From Catajapyx aquilonaris (lineage: Eukaryota): 64,000 nt of DNA. Position numbers and translations under genes: made by a program. Positions 1 to 14,300 of this stretch are shown here, one piece after another. The stretch is from assembly GCA_000934665.2 (NCBI GenBank), contig JYFJ02002621.1:1-64000 (forward strand). The letters run 5' to 3'. Each line of letters starts with the position of its first letter. The stretch's first letter is position 1. The notes under the pieces are model-generated. The model was not told where the DNA came from, searched no databases, and worked only from the letters and a program-made list of their open reading frames with translations.

Positions 1-1511
1 AGCAGAGTTGTGTCATGTCTCCCTGGTTATTTAACTTGTACTTAGATGCATGTGTAAGGGAAGCTATGGTTGAAGGTGTAGGAGTGCAGTTTGGTGATGA
101 GTTAGTTAGTCACTTGCTGTATGCAGATGATTCTGCCCTTCTGGCGGAGAGTGAGGCTGATTTACAGTTGATCATATGCAAGTTAGATCATGTTTGTGAA
201 AAGAGGGGTATGAGGATTAACGTAGATAAGACTAAGGTATTGGTATTTGAGAGGGGACAGCAGGTTTCTCCTTGTATGTTGCAGGTACGAGGAAAACTGG
301 TTGAGCAAGTCAGCCAGTTTTTATACCTGGGTAGTGTCCTTGAGAGTAATGGTAGAATGGATGGGGAGATTGACAGGAGAGTTAGTTCTGGGTTGAAAGT
401 GATAGGTGCCACAAGTAAGTTTGCTAGAAATAAGGACTTATCTTCTGCCTGTAGGTTGTCTGTCTATTCTCACGTTATTGTTCCTTCACTTATGTATGGT
501 AGTGAAGCGTGGATCTGGTCAGATAGGCATAAGAGTAGGGTGTTGGCTACAGAGATGCGTTATCTCCGGGCTGTTTGTGGGGTTACCAATACCAAGTTCG
601 ATAGGATTAGGAAGGAGGAGATTTTGGAGAGGTGTAATGTTAAGGAGACTGTTAAAGATAAGGTGTGTAGGTCTACTCTAAGGTGGTTTGGCCATGTGGA
701 GAGGATGAAGGAGGAGGAGATTGTGAAGAAGGTTTATTTGGGTGGAGTAGTTGGTAAGAGGGGCAAGGGTAGGCCTAGGAAGACATGGTTGGACCAGGTG
801 GGTCAGTGTCTTAAGGGTGTTGCTAGTGTTAAGCCGAGACGTTCTTGTGTCAATAGGACCATGGACGTGGCTGAGGCTAGGGTTGTTTGTTTGGATAGGT
901 GTAAATGGCGTAGGTTAATTAATGGGTAGAATATTCACGGATTTGTGAGGAATGGCAGTGTCCATTGAATTTTTCCGAATGGCTATAGAATGTTTGCAGG
1001 TTGCTGGGAGGAGTCGGCGTCTGGAGGTTCATGCTCGGGCTCTGGGTGCTGTGCAGAACTACAAGTTTGGCGAATATCTCTTGCACAGTAATGCATAGGT
1101 TGACACCGGTAGTCATGCTTGCAAGGGTATCTGCCCCTCTCTCTGTCCTGTACAGCGCTTGGAGTTCGGGTGTGGATTTCCGTATGCTGGTTCTTCTCGC
1201 TGGCCTGTGGGTGTTCTGGTCGTTTGGAGGAGAATATTATAGTCACTTGGAGGAATTTAACAGTTACCCTACTGATTCCTCTTCCGGGGGGGGGGGGGGG
1301 GGGTNCGTTGCATAGTCGTGTAATATTTATATTTAAAATATAATATTGAGAGTTTGTTGTCTGAGATGGGTAGGGGGGGGGTTATATGGGTGGTTTATAG
1401 GGTGATTTTTACCATTTTTAATTTAGTTCATATTTTGGGTTAGCTTGTGGTTCCCGTCATCGCTGACTACCCCTTTATAGGGAAATGTCGTGATGGTGTT
1501 GTTGTTGTTGT
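1..1511 (+). mobile_element. 3' part of a non-LTR retrotransposon (RTE-like LINE), truncated by the window edge
   Basis: ORF 15..929 carries RT motifs (QxCVMSPWLFNLY, LLYADD, FLYLGS, LMYGSEAW, LRWFGHVERM, GRPRKTW). It is followed by a 3' UTR ending in a CCC..AGGG stem and a (GTT)n tail at ~1497-1511. Confidence 0.9.
15..929 (+). CDS. reverse transcriptase C-terminal region of an RTE-like LINE (partial)
   Basis: YADD catalytic motif plus the RTE-type C-terminal RWFGHVxRM and GRPRKTW motifs. Confidence 0.88.
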   Translation: MSPWLFNLYLDACVREAMVEGVGVQFGDELVSHLLYADDSALLAESEADLQLIICKLDHVCEKRGMRINVDKTKVLVFERGQQVSPCMLQVRGKLVEQVSQFLYLGSVLESNGRMDGEIDRRVSSGLKVIGATSKFARNKDLSSACRLSVYSHVIVPSLMYGSEAWIWSDRHKSRVLATEMRYLRAVCGVTNTKFDRIRKEEILERCNVKETVKDKVCRSTLRWFGHVERMKEEEIVKKVYLGGVVGKRGKGRPRKTWLDQVGQCLKGVASVKPRRSCVNRTMDVAEARVVCLDRCKWRRLING

Positions 1512-3600
1512 TTTATTTTAAAATACTGTGTCAAGTGCTGCCTGAGAATGACAGCAATTATGATGTACAGTATTAACCTGATGTCATAATAGCAGTAACT
1601 TAAAAGGAAAATCAGAAGTGGATAATGGAAGAATTCTGCAATGCATGACTGCTCATGAAGCAGAGCTATAGGAACAAAGAATGAAATAAAACTAAAGGTC
1701 ATTGTGACAATAAGCCTTGCTCTCACTGTTTATGGAGCATATGTCTGATCAGTTGGAACATCTATGCCCAGATAAGTAGCCTACACCTGAGTAACCTGGA
1801 ACAGGTTGAAAGCTCACTCCCCTGTTCTAGACAGTCGGACAGAACCATTTTCAGGAAAACGAAAACCATATTTCTTGCACTCCACAGCATTTCCCCCAAG
1901 TGAACCATGCTTTCTTTGCAGATTGGGCAATTTGATGACCATGAACAATATCCTGGTGGAATGCCTGCAGCTGGAATGTTTAAGATGGATATTGCTAAAC
2001 AACTTCTTCCCTGACCCGCCTCCCTTTTCTTTCATAACCAGCCAAGTGGCAGGTATGGGGATAAAATCCTATCCCTGCCAGCACCTTTGCTTGATCGGAT
2101 TACATTACTACATCCCCTACGGCCCTACCTAATCCGACACAAAATTGGGAGAGAATCTCTATGGACCTTGTTACAGGGTTTCCACCCACCAAAAAAGGAT
2201 TTGAATTAAATTAATGCAACCCACTCTTCCACAAGAGTGCCACCATTTTTCACCAATTACGGCTTTAACCCGATTACACCAAGGGTATTTTGGGGAAAAG
2301 GTAAAATACGCGTACACGATCACGTAGATTCAACAGCTGAGTTTATGAGAAAGATGAAAGCCATAAACATTCAGATTGAAGACGCAGTGAGGACAGCCAT
2401 GGGAACCTGATGACAGAGTAAAACGCTTTTGAAAACTTCGGTAAATTTAAAGGGGGAGTTTGTAGGCTAAGGTACGAAATTTGAATTTATTATATTTCCA
2501 GGTATGTTTTTCCTATTTTTCCTTTGGAGCATTTGACAAATGTATGACACCCCACCTTGAGTAAGTTTAGATTCAGATTCCTTGTGTTGGGGACAGCGTG
2601 CGGTCGTGTGAGAGTTGCCCCCACCAGATCAAGGTTGTCAGGGAGTTTTCCCCTCTCATATTTTTTGTTATACCAAGTTATCTGCATACATACTCAAGTG
2701 ATAGTACACTGTGAATGTGTGACATATTTTAAAACCAGTGCTTCTTTGCCTTGAACAGAGCTATTCGATCATCAAGGAACTTTTCAGAAGTCAAAACTAC
2801 AAGCACAAGTGCCTGTAAGTACTACAAGGAAGACCTATTTGGAGACATTTGAAGTTTAGACTATAGGAAGGGGGAAGGTAGAGTATAGTTATAACAAAGA
2901 GAAAATAGAGAGTGCTAGTGAGCAGTGAGTGTGATCTTACCCCATTTCCCACCGGCTCCTCACCCGTTCCCACCTGTGCTTACGTCCATCTGGACAAGCA
3001 CCAAACGGGCATCTTCCGGCCCTACCTGTTCCAACAGCAAGGGACATTGCAATATGGCTTCGTGACATGAACTGGCGCCCTGTGTTTTAGGATTTGAATT
3101 TTGAAATCTATAGGTGAGTAATGGATCACTTGCTCTTAAATTGTACTTATTATCTTCTGGTATTTATTTAGAGAACGTATGACAGTGTATAGTTCCTTCC
3201 TCTCCTGTGCAAAGGCAGCAGCTGCCAAAAGCAATAAAGTAGTATGCAATGACATATGCTGAGCCAATATTGTAGTTGTTATTATAGGCATTCATGCTGT
3301 CAATTTGGAGGTTTGATCCCCGGTCTATGATCCCCCCCCCCNNNNNNCCCCCCCCCCCCCCCCAAGTATTATAATCACATGGAGGTCATTTCCGGAAAGA
3401 TCGTGGGGGAATTTCTTGTGCACTTGTAAACACAACGTGTGAATATCATTTGCTCGCAAGAGTTTTTAAATGCAAACCTTTCTACTTGTATAACAATGGA
3501 GAAAGTAGGATTAATCGTTATTATACTCTTCACTTCAGAAAGCAAATTGCTAGCCATGTATTTTAATAACATTTATTTTTGCGTGCAAAAGTCAAAAAGT

Positions 3601-6526
3601 CTAAGGTCTGACGAGCACTCCTGTAAATAGAAAAGTGTCATCTCGTCTATCCCAAATCGCAAATACAAAAGGGTGGTCTGCAATGACTGCTCTCTGCTGT
3701 ATATCAAAAGACAATGGAACCAACATAGCACCTGTAAATATTTTTAAAAAACATTAATTTTTTCAAAAAAAGCAACCATAGTATAATTTACATATATGGT
3801 AATGACATTGTTAATTAGCTGAAGATAAGCCAAAGTTTTGAGTTTGTACAGGGTGTCTTAAAAAGTAACTTTAGTATTTAGTAGGGATTCGAATCAAATA
3901 GGCCTACTACCTGCAACTGCCGCAGCTTCGCTGCCTTCTTCATTGACTTGGATAAATCCTTTTTGAATAACAGTCGACACATGCAAATTGTTTCCATCGG
4001 TGGTCATTTTTCCAAAATCGGCTGACGAGGTGAACATGTCAGTCAGCCCTAACTGCATCACACAATGATATGCATTTTAAAAACTGCGCTGTTACATATC
4101 ATATAAAATCCACATCGGCGTCCACTTTATGTAGGTAAATTTATTGTAACCTTAATCTTAGGAAACATTATTACCTCTAGTAGTGTATCCTTGAGATCCA
4201 TGTCGACCTCAAATTTAAATCGAGGAAGCTTGAGCAATACCTCCTCATTGAAAAGCCTCGATGTAACTGCGGATAAGGTATAGTTCGGCAATTTCTCCAC
4301 CATTTCCTTTATTCCATATCTCTCATTGGGAAGAATTATCAGCATGAAGAGATTTTCGTCCTAAAAAAATTAATGATCTGAAGACCCAAAAAATATCAAG
4401 GTCCTAGTTAAGCCAGCCTGCTATATAGGATTCATAATGTCTTTTGTTGCAGAATTTTGCAGCATAAATTGTCCAAATCAGCTATAGGAATTATGCTCCA
4501 GAAATTCGGGGAAAAATTGAGATAGGAGAGAAAATGAGCACCTTTTCTATCTCCCTGCATATTAACCGATCCGTCAGCAGAATTCGTACAGGTAGGCTTA
4601 ACTAAGAGGACCAGGAGTTTGCCACTTTCCCACGATGGGACCAAATTTGCTCATACCTTATACGGTATGGCTAATGCTTGGGCTTTTAAATAAGGAATTC
4701 TGTCGTACAAATAGGGTCCTTCTCTTTGCATCATAGGAATAAGGGATAAAACTTCCTGTTTGAAGGGGTAGAAACGGCCAAACGTGGTTTTCTCCTTGTC
4801 AAATTTGGTTTCCCAGGTGCCCTTGAAGTAAATAGCGCTCGCTAAAATCATTTCAGTACGAGCCGAAAGTTGATCTGGTAACGATAAGAAAGGAATCATA
4901 AATTTTATCAAAGGGCAACAAAAGGGTTAGTTACTCACCTGGCGAAACAAGAGATCGGATGCGTTCGTTTGTGGCTTTTTTGACCCATTCGTTAATTTGT
5001 CTCGAAGCTTCCGAATTTTCTGCAAAATTTATCGCCTGCACTCGTCCGTTGAAACATCCCTGTAGGTCCCTTATAAATCTTGATTCCAAAGTGTATCCAG
5101 TCTTTATATACATTTTGTTGGCAATATCCAGAATGGTGTCTTCATATCTCTGCCAAAAAAATGGTATAATAACAAATACTTTTTGACAAAAAATAAGGCA
5201 TTTCACAATTCGGAAACCAAATTTTCCATATCTCCCTTACGTCACAAGTTCTTTGCATCTCACCATGTCATCATGATAGATCGAGAAGTAAAAGGCCACA
5301 ACACTTGATCATCTTACTACTGAAAGTTAAACTGTTTTAAAAATCATTACATTTATTTTCCTTTAATTTGAATATGGTGTAATGGGCTCACATGGCGTAG
5401 TAATATACTGATATGCCTAATATAATTTAGATATTTTGATGTGCCTTCGTTAACGATTAATAAATTACGTCTAAATTGTCAGTTCCGTCATTGTTGGATG
5501 GATCCGTTAGTTGTGAAATGAATCGAACGCAAACACAACTTACCTTTTCCTGCAGGTTGCGACCAGTGTTGCAGACATTCTGTGAAGTACTACCTGGTGG
5601 GAATTTCAGGACTTGTATAATTTCTTCTGACGTCTTACCAGAGGAGCCAGCATTAATCATGCCCAAAACATCAAAGAGGCTCACGGGCGAAACAAACGTG
5701 TTGTCATCCACATTCTTTAACAACATTTTCTGAAACACATATTGTAGCCTATTTGTATTTGTAAGACGAAAGGAAATTCAAAACAATCAGAGACACATTT
5801 GTCTGATTTATAAATGTGGGAATTTGAAGAATATTTTGAATTACTTATGGAATGATTTTCGTTCAAATCTTTTCTAGGGGGCTGTCATTTCTCTATCAGA
5901 AATCTGACTTGATCATCGGAAAGTTTCTTCGAGGACTAAAATAATAGTCTATTAAATAGTGCATAATTATATTTTTATCAAAATGTGACTATTGTTGTCC
6001 AGAATTTTAGGTTTTCACGTTTATAACGTCACAGCCTTCCGCAGAACAAAAATCCCCATGAATATTCCTTCAGTGATCTGCCTTTGGAAAATACGAGCCA
6101 ATAATAATGGGCTGTAGTAGGCCTGTGTAGTACTTTTTTTTAGTTGTCCTCCAAGCGTATAGAGGGTGATAAGAAAAACTAGAACAATGACCACTGATCA
6201 GCTGACCTCATGACAATGTTATCTGAGTGACACAACATAGTTAAATGTGCAATAGGACCTACATACTTATAGACATGACTGTCATACGTTAAAGGTAAAG
6301 GTTGCATGCACACCCAGCCACGGATTATAATCAGTAGTTTGGAATTCAACTTTGCAACAGGCGCTTACCAGCAATAGGCCAGCAGCAAATCCAGAATTAT
6401 CATCGCAGTGTCCCGAGTAGAAAGTTCCTATCAATAGCAGGCCTGTAAAGATATTCAAACACTTCCATAGTGGAACTCTCCGGGGCCAAAATGGTGTCAT
6501 ACTGTACCTATAATAGTCCTTTGCAT
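3601..6526 (-). CDS. Serpin A, secreted, predicted inhibitory (RCL EEGSEAAAVAGAMLVPL|S, P1 Leu)
   Basis: Exons 6526-6508, 6442-6369, 5729-5544, 5149-4939, 4874-4657, 4360-4175, 4052-3911, 3731-3601; GT/AG, phase-compatible. Motifs FVSPVSL, IANKMY, AIYFKGTW, LPRFK, ADHPF. An alternative in-frame ATG exists at 6500. Confidence 0.92.
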
Positions 6527-6929
6527 GGTGAACACTTCCTCAGCTCCAGCGAACTGCTCAATCTGGTGTTAAAATACGTCGCACATGACGTCAAGAGAGT
6601 GAGTTGCACACTCTTTATGTACTTACGCAAATTCTTTTCTTTGGCAGTGAGACCGACGTGTGTCGCCTTATCCGCCTTATTTTCTGTGCCTAGCACGAGG
6701 GTTAATAATGCGTAAATGAAACGAGGCGGGTTTCCTACAAAAGTATGAGTTAACAGGGGAAAAGTCAAACTACAATAAAGCTCAAGTGACTTCCGCAGGA
6801 CGTGGCAGATGTGCCCATTTGTTACGAACAATAGGAAAGAAATCCATAACCGAGAACTAATAGCTAAACACCAGGCGACATATAATAAGGCACCAATATC
6901 AAGGTTATAAGGTTGCACTGAATGTTGCT

Positions 6930-7076
6930 TATTAATGAGTTCATTTTATTGTATTGAATGTCACCTATTAATGATTGTCATGTTTGTCGCCTATTTTTAA
7001 TTGGCTTGCTCATATCCTTGCTCATATCTGACTACCTCATTCATAGGGAAATGTCGTGATGTTGTCGTTGTCGTCA
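6930..7076 (+). mobile_element. short 5'-truncated LINE 3' end related to the element at 1-1511
   Basis: ctgactacc..atagggaaatgtcgtgatg followed by a (GTT/GTC)n tail matches 1463-1511. The 5' boundary is approximate. Confidence 0.55.
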
Positions 7077-7262
7077 AGGTTATAGAAGATTGCTATCGAC
7101 GAAGATAAACATTCTGGTTAGGAAACAAAGTCATACTTAAGATTCGCCTTTGTCGCACATTGTTGTGTACTACCGAAGTCCACAACTTTTTGCAGCCACC
7201 AGATCACCACCAGGTCGTAAATCTACCAAAACCATACATCTCAAGTAGTGATGCACTATAAA

Positions 7263-7667
7263 CAGGGATGTATTTAGGTTTTTGCCGCCCCTAAAGGCAT
7301 AGCCTTATCTGCCCCCCCCCCCCTTCTGGCTGATTTATACCTCAGATATTGGGGAAATTCCGAAATTTGCGGATTTCAAGGCCAAATATCTCTAAAATGG
7401 TTATTTCAAAAAATTTGACATTTTGGTCATGGATACTCCTACTAGTACTTAGCAAAATCCAGTAAATTTCATATTGGGGTTTACACTTTTATGCCGCTCC
7501 AAGGTGAATCGGCCGATGCCCAGACCAGTAAGGTCGAAAGTCGCGTGTAGATCCTGCACATATCCCCACTGTCAATAAAAATTTTCCGCCTCCATGACAT
7601 TATTTTGCCGCCCCCTAAAATTTGACACCATAGGCACGTGCCAACTCGGCCTATTTGGTAATTACCT
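7263..7667. mobile_element. degenerate hAT-like MITE
   Basis: Starts CAGGGATGTATTTAGG and has repeated tttgccgccccta subterminal motifs (7281, 7604). GC-rich island in AT-rich DNA. Confidence 0.45.
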
Positions 7668-8176
7668 AATACTTCACATCTTCACTGACTATACGAAAAC
7701 CCACCACGAGTACCATTTCAAAACTATAGCAAACAGGGTTATACCTAATATCTTATACTGAATATACAGTATAAATAACATTAATGATACCCATAGTTGC
7801 GTTTATTGATGAAATACCTCAATTTTTATGTTTTCTATTTTTGCTAAATTGCATCAATTTGTGCTTATTACATGGCTGTGCTTGCCTTGCACTAGGTCTA
7901 TTGTAATTTTCTGCTTACCTGGAGGGTTTTTCACTTGCCTCTCATGAGTATTTTGGGCCAAAGGTAATGTTTATTTTATGCATTCAGTATAGTTATGATG
8001 GAACATGTTAATAGTTTGTGATGGTGCTTAGGTTACACGTATAAAAATACTTTTACTTGTAAAATCTAGATTCTTTATGACTGTTAGCTGTTCCACTCTG
8101 ATACACCTGCATGACAAACCGTAAATGTCATAAGATCAGAAGACTGACGATGAATTACTAAACACAAGCAACATAC

Positions 8177-10986
8177 TCAAAGTTGAGGTGGTTTCTGAAA
8201 AGTTCCTGCAAATAAAAAGGAATCATATCGTTTATCCCATATTCCAAATATAAAAGGATGATCCACGGTCATTTCATATTGTTGTCCGATAGTAAGTGGG
8301 ACTGTAATTGCTCCTGAAAATAGACATTGAAATTACAAGAATTGCACAAATAGCCATGCTATAATGCCACTCATCAAAGTCTTACCTGTCGCTGCACTAG
8401 CTTCACTCCCTTCTTCATTAACCTCTATAATTCCCTTTTGAAAAACCTTAGACACTTGTAACTTCTCATCGGACATTTTAGACAGGTTGACCAAAGATGT
8501 GAACAGATGCGTTATTCCAAGCTGAAATAAGATGTGTTCGTTAACACCATCATTTGCAACATATGTAGGGCTGCATAATATAAAAGGCAGAAAGATGAAT
8601 TTGTAATATATTGTCCCATTACTTTGAGACCGACTTTATCTCTGCGACATATACTGTACAGAACCTCGATTTATGAAAGCTATAATTTAACAAGACGGGA
8701 TTTTAAAGAATATAACTGAAGCAAAATAAATATACATACCTCGTCCAACACATGATTTAGCTCTAAATCGCTTTCAATATTAAATCTTGGTAACTTCAAA
8801 TGCACTTCTTCGTAGTAAAGATCATTTGACAGTTGAGATAAGGAGTAATCCTTTAGCTTCTTTGCTGTGCCTTCCAGTCCAGCAAAACGGTCATTTGGAA
8901 GAATAATCAGCATAAAAATATTTTCATCCTGTAAAGATTGATTAAAGAGCATCGGTAATTGTATGCCGTATACTACAGTTATGTACTGTACAGTACATGA
9001 ATTACATTAGAATGTACTGTATAATAAGACTTAAAATACTACTGTATAGTAGGCCTACTGAGGATTTAAAAAATTAACATGAGGTTTATTGAGAGTTCTC
9101 TCAGTGATGCCCAGTGAGGAACCACGCAAAGCAATGGTTCAATGCAGGGTTTTTTTTACTAGTGGAATTATCGGTCGCCAGTGTAATAGTTGGCCAAATC
9201 CAAGTGGAAAACGCTGGGTTCAGGAATGTCGAGGCACCAGGCACCAGCCGGTATCGACCTGGATGACGATGAACATCAAAATCCCTTAGCTCTACATTCT
9301 ACACTCTACAGGATGGCGCCCAAGTGTACATACTTCTCGGACTGAGGCTTATTGCAAATTTCGGAGACGTAATTACTCTAGTTGATTTCGAAGATTTCGG
9401 CTTAATTATGCAGGTAATTGTAGATATATCGTTAGAATCGCCATATACATGCTCATCCTGCACCCCAAGCGAACTCCCAAACAAACGTGCTATCTGGGTC
9501 GCCTGGTCTGCAGGATGAGATTTATCACCGGCGAGTAGGCCAATTGCTCTTATTGCCCAACGAACCCTACATCTTCTTAGTGAACTAGAGCAATTTTGTC
9601 AGGTAAACTCAAGAACACTCAATACGAGAGAAAGTGAGCACCTTTGGAACCGTATGTATGAGTAGGCCTATAAATAAATATCTATATAAAATCCTATCTC
9701 CCTTGAAGGCAAATCTAACCACATGTTCCTTTGAGCGTTCCTCTCTTTTTAGAATATGGCATTTCAATTCTGAAACTGATTAAGATGTCCTACCTTGTAG
9801 GGTAATGCGATAACTTGTGATTCCAACTCGGCGTGTTCGGAATACAAGAAGTAGCCTTTATCTTCCATCATATGAACTTGGGTGACATTTTTCCTGCAGT
9901 AAAATCTGGTCAGTGAGGTTTTTTCTTTCTTGAATGGAACTCCCCAAGATCCTTTGAAGTAAATTCCATTCAGCAGAACCATCAGTGTTTTTTCCGGAAG
10001 CTTGTCTGTGTGAAAAAATATTACAGCACAATGAGGGTAACGTCCAACCAAAAGTATCGGTTTCAGCCTGCTCACCTGCAGAAACTAAGTTGTCAATCTT
10101 CTTGTTCGTGACATTTCGAACCCATTGGTTTATATCCTCAGCTGCTCGTTCTTTATCGGTAAAATCAATTGGTTCAATTTCGCTCTCAAAGCATCTGTCC
10201 ACATCGTCCAAATACTCTTGACGCAGCCTAATTTTTTTCTCGGTGTAAATCTTGTTTGCCATTTGCATTGTCACATTTTCAATGCTCTGTTGAACCAAAC
10301 ATTTAAGTATTATAGGAAGAAACTATTTTTAGTTATGGTACTAAAGAAGGACTACAAACCTTGACAGATTGGATGAGAAGTCGACTCGCATTGCATATGC
10401 ATTCAGGCTCCTCAAGTGGATAGTCGAGGGCGTTTGCAATTTGCTCTGCGGACTTTCCGGCAGCACCAGTATGAATCATACCCAAGACACTGAAGAGGCT
10501 CACAGGGGAGAAAAACACGTTTTGGCCTTCATTTCTCTCCATCAATTTCTGCGGAAGCATTAACATTTGGTCACACAATAATTCCACAATTTAACCCTTT
10601 TCATGCAACTTTCAGCAGCACCATTAGCAAATTCACAGTAAAGTTGGAATTGTCGATGGATATGCCGCTGTCGTCTTCTTGAACATTGCAAACGACATTT
10701 TGGACCAACAATGTTGAGAGGAGCAACGTGACTGTAAAATTAGGCGCAAAACTTGTTATAATGTCAGCATAGGGTCATTTCACCTGCACAGGGCCAAATA
10801 ATTTGCAACGTGTCAACACTGTTACAACCCCATGTCAGGATCCCATCGATTGAGCTACCACTTCATGTAAATATTGTATTATTTGTGATCAATCGCTATT
10901 ATTAATAATTGCGAAATTAGCCTCTGTACCTGTGAAATAAACCCAGGAATAAAATGGTAGAGCATACCTGCCCGTGTCGTTCTCAT
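8177..10986 (-). CDS. Serpin B, secreted, predicted inhibitory (RCL EEGSEASAATGAITVPL|T, P1 Leu)
   Basis: Exons 10986-10968, 10731-10622, 10548-10360, 10286-10076, 10005-9794, 8928-8740, 8521-8386, 8313-8177. Signal MRTTRAVTLLLSTLLVQNVVC; motifs FFSPVSL, NGIYFKGSW, VDHPF. Confidence 0.93.
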
Positions 10987-11342
10987 GTTGACCGCGGAGT
11001 GAGACCTTCCCAAACTTGTTTCAGGGCAGACCTGAGCATTTGCATGACGTCATCAGGAATGCAATATCGTGTCCGAAGAGTCGTGCAGAAATTCACAATG
11101 ACTTTGAACCTTTCCGCAAGCCCGCTGTCTGTTTTCCCCCAGCCAGACTGGGGTCATTAAATATTCACAGTGAAGCGTCTCAAGTGAGTGCAAAAAAAAA
11201 AAATCACAAAAAAACAAGTGGCAAACAAGTTTTTCAAGTTTAGATGCGAGACGTTTTACGTGCTGGCAATGAAATTCCTTGGAAAAGGGAGGGTCAAAGG
11301 ACGAAATGAGGCTACCAAGGTTTTTTTTGCAGCAATTGGGAT

Positions 11343-14300
11343 TTAATTCTGCTCAGAGATTCGCCCTGGTGTGTTTACAATGCCTGCAAACATTGGGAGC
11401 GCTTTTACCCAAATGATGAAAAAGAAAGGTCGGTTAAATTCGATTTCCTCTTCAGCGGATATCGGCACCAATATTGACCCTGAAACGTATTTAAAATAGT
11501 CAGAATAAATTGTAGGCGTGTAATTTCACAAGATATGGCTTTCAAAGTGTGAGATTCTGGCTATTATGCATAAGTTATACTAATAGAGGTATTCAAATGT
11601 AAATAGATTCTATAATATTTGTATAATTATTTCCAGATAGCCCCTTTGCATGCTAAAAGTAGGTAATAATTAAATGAATATTTATATATCCTGTTCTCAC
11701 TTTGAAAGCTGATACATAATACAATACTGACATACCTGTTCCTGCAGCAGATTCACTACCATTTTCATCAACCAGAATGTACGACTTTTGGAAAATATCT
11801 GTCACTCTCAGGCCTTCATTTTCCGCCATGTGGTTCAGATTTGCATTATCTCCAAATGCTCTGTTAATACCAAGCTACAACATAATACTACATATTGTCC
11901 CTCTTTCTACGTGAGTAATAATTATTTGCAGTTAGACACATAATCCAACTTCATACCTTATGCAAAATTTCCCCCATTTTGATCACATCTTCGATCTTAA
12001 ATTCTGGCAATAAAACAGTGGAGAACTGATATTGAAGCAGGGAAGTGATCTGATCGAATGTGTATCCTTTAAGCTTCTCGGCCACATTCGAAATACCTCC
12101 ACTGTTTTCGTCGGGTAATATAAGCATCATTTTCACATTTTTGTCCTGCAGACAAGCAACATAAGTGAATATAATTTTACAATCTCAGTAGTATTGTGTA
12201 TACCAGATAAGGCAAAAGCAACACAATGGCTTCTAGTTCATCGAGCTGGGCACTCGCGTGAAATCCGCCTTTGACCATCATTTGCACGCCCATGGACTCT
12301 GTTCCTCGTCGAAATATGCTGTGCTTGGTATTTTCCTTGTCAAATTTTTCGGCCCATTGTCCATAAAAGTAAATGGCGTTCACAAGTAAGAGGGAAGTGT
12401 CTCCTTGTAACTGAGCTGTAAGGGTAAAGTTTCTCCTTAAACACATACCCAGTACTCATTAACGAAATATGTGATGGAAAGCTGTCATCTTCCTTTGGAA
12501 GCTACTCTGTAATAACATTCTGGGAATAGAACGTTACTAGGAAATCTGAGAACCTAACTGCTCACACCACACCTCGTGGAAATTCAAATCGAAAAGAACT
12601 TACATGAATCGACCAGATTTGTTATCCTGTCGTTTGTAGAAGAAGCAACCCAACTGTTGATCTTCTCTGCAGCTTCCTTGGTTTCTTCGAAATCTATATT
12701 TTCGACCTCAGCTTCAAAACAGGTTTGCGCAGAACTGGCATAGTCTGGCCTAAGTGTATGAGACGAATCGGCGTATATCTTGTTGCGTATTGTAAAAGTG
12801 ACATTGATGGCTTCCTGTCAAGAGTTCGACGCACTGATCAAGTCGTTGCTCTGCGTGCGTGTTGGATATGACTGTGTTACCTGCAGTTGAAAGATGACTG
12901 ATTGGCTAAGAGAGCACATCACTTCCGGGTCGTTCGGAAGTTCTAGAGCTGTTGCCAATTCCGCTGCCGTGTCTCCTTCTGCTCCCAGGTGTATCAATCC
13001 CAGAATATCGATTAGACTCGCAGGTGAAAAGAATGAGTTACTTTCAGTGTTACTTCCAGCCAGTTTCTAAAACCGATAAAACTTACATTTTTATCCATTC
13101 ATTTTGTGATTACTGTGGAGTTTACCTGGAGTACTTTTAGAGTAAAATTTAGTTTACTGTGTTGATATTCCATTATTTCGCTTATCAAAGTGTCCATTTC
13201 ACTATCTTCTACGCTGATAAAGTTTTCCTGGAAGTGTCAACAGTTTTTCTATCAATTTGTTGCCTTTGCAATCATCAACCGTGCAGTTCCAGAGAATATG
13301 CACTGCAATTCGCGTAACTTTTTTTTTTTTTGCATTACCCCATTGAGATTTACCATATCCTTTAGGGGGGTGGATTACCACCATTGGAAATTGGAGCCAT
13401 TTAAGAAGATCTTAATTAATTACTCCAGGGTAGGTAGGAGGGGATGTGCAAAGTGCAAGTGCAATGTCTCTAACGGTCATTTTGTGAACTCCCCCGGGTG
13501 GCTTAGTCTGTCGGAAATTGCCACCCGAGATGAAGCCAGAGATGGCCCAACTCTGCACGGATAAAGGTGGGAACCCCGGGTGGGGATGGAACCCGGGACC
13601 TTAATATCCGTGGGCGCGAGCGTTACCGCTGCGCCACTTCACCTCCCCGCAATTCGCCTAACATCTAGGAAACAATGATGTTTCCAGAAGGCCTTTTGGT
13701 GAAATTTTGCAAAATCCTACAACCGGAATATTTTTTTATAGATGAAAGCGATCAAAAATGTTTGGAGCACAAGAATGGTAGGAGCAGCGGTAATATTTAG
13801 TTTCATCACGTCGGATCTGTTTATTTTCACCTACCGGGGAAACAGCAAGGGAAATAGGCGCATCAAGTGGGCTTAGTGCAGAGTGGGTGATAACAGTTCC
13901 TGGCCTTCATGTGCCTACCTCGAGGCATAACTAGACGGACCTGATGTGATGCAACGAAATTTTACCAGGCTGTTCTTCATCTTGTCGAGTAGCACACTAC
14001 ATGTACTTTTTTGATTGCTTAAACTTTAAAGAATAATGGAGGTATAAATTGCATATTGAACCTAATATTATAGAGAGTAAAATGTGAATCGCAATATTTT
14101 GAATAGTAAGTTCTCTCCAAGACGATGATAATTTAATACACAGCCGATAAAAATAGTAATATTATTCATGAAGATTAAAGTCAAAATTGTATTAAAACTT
14201 TGGAAGCCGTGGAAGTTTCATCACTTGGAGTAGAGACAGTGTACAGTACTATACGTCAGAAGTGCATGCACATATTGCACAATCGACATGCTATGTTAGA

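Noticed and set aside
1001..1315. 104-aa hydrophobic ORF
   Set aside because: Lies in the GT-rich LINE 3' UTR, runs into an N-containing G run, and has no recognisable motif.
6508..6918. 136-aa minus-strand ORF upstream of serpin A
   Set aside because: Non-ATG start, no motif, and it overlaps the promoter/5' UTR region.
9858..10298. Single-exon readings of serpin ORFs and antisense shadow ORFs throughout the window
   Set aside because: They are exon-plus-intron read-throughs or reverse complements of serpin exons.
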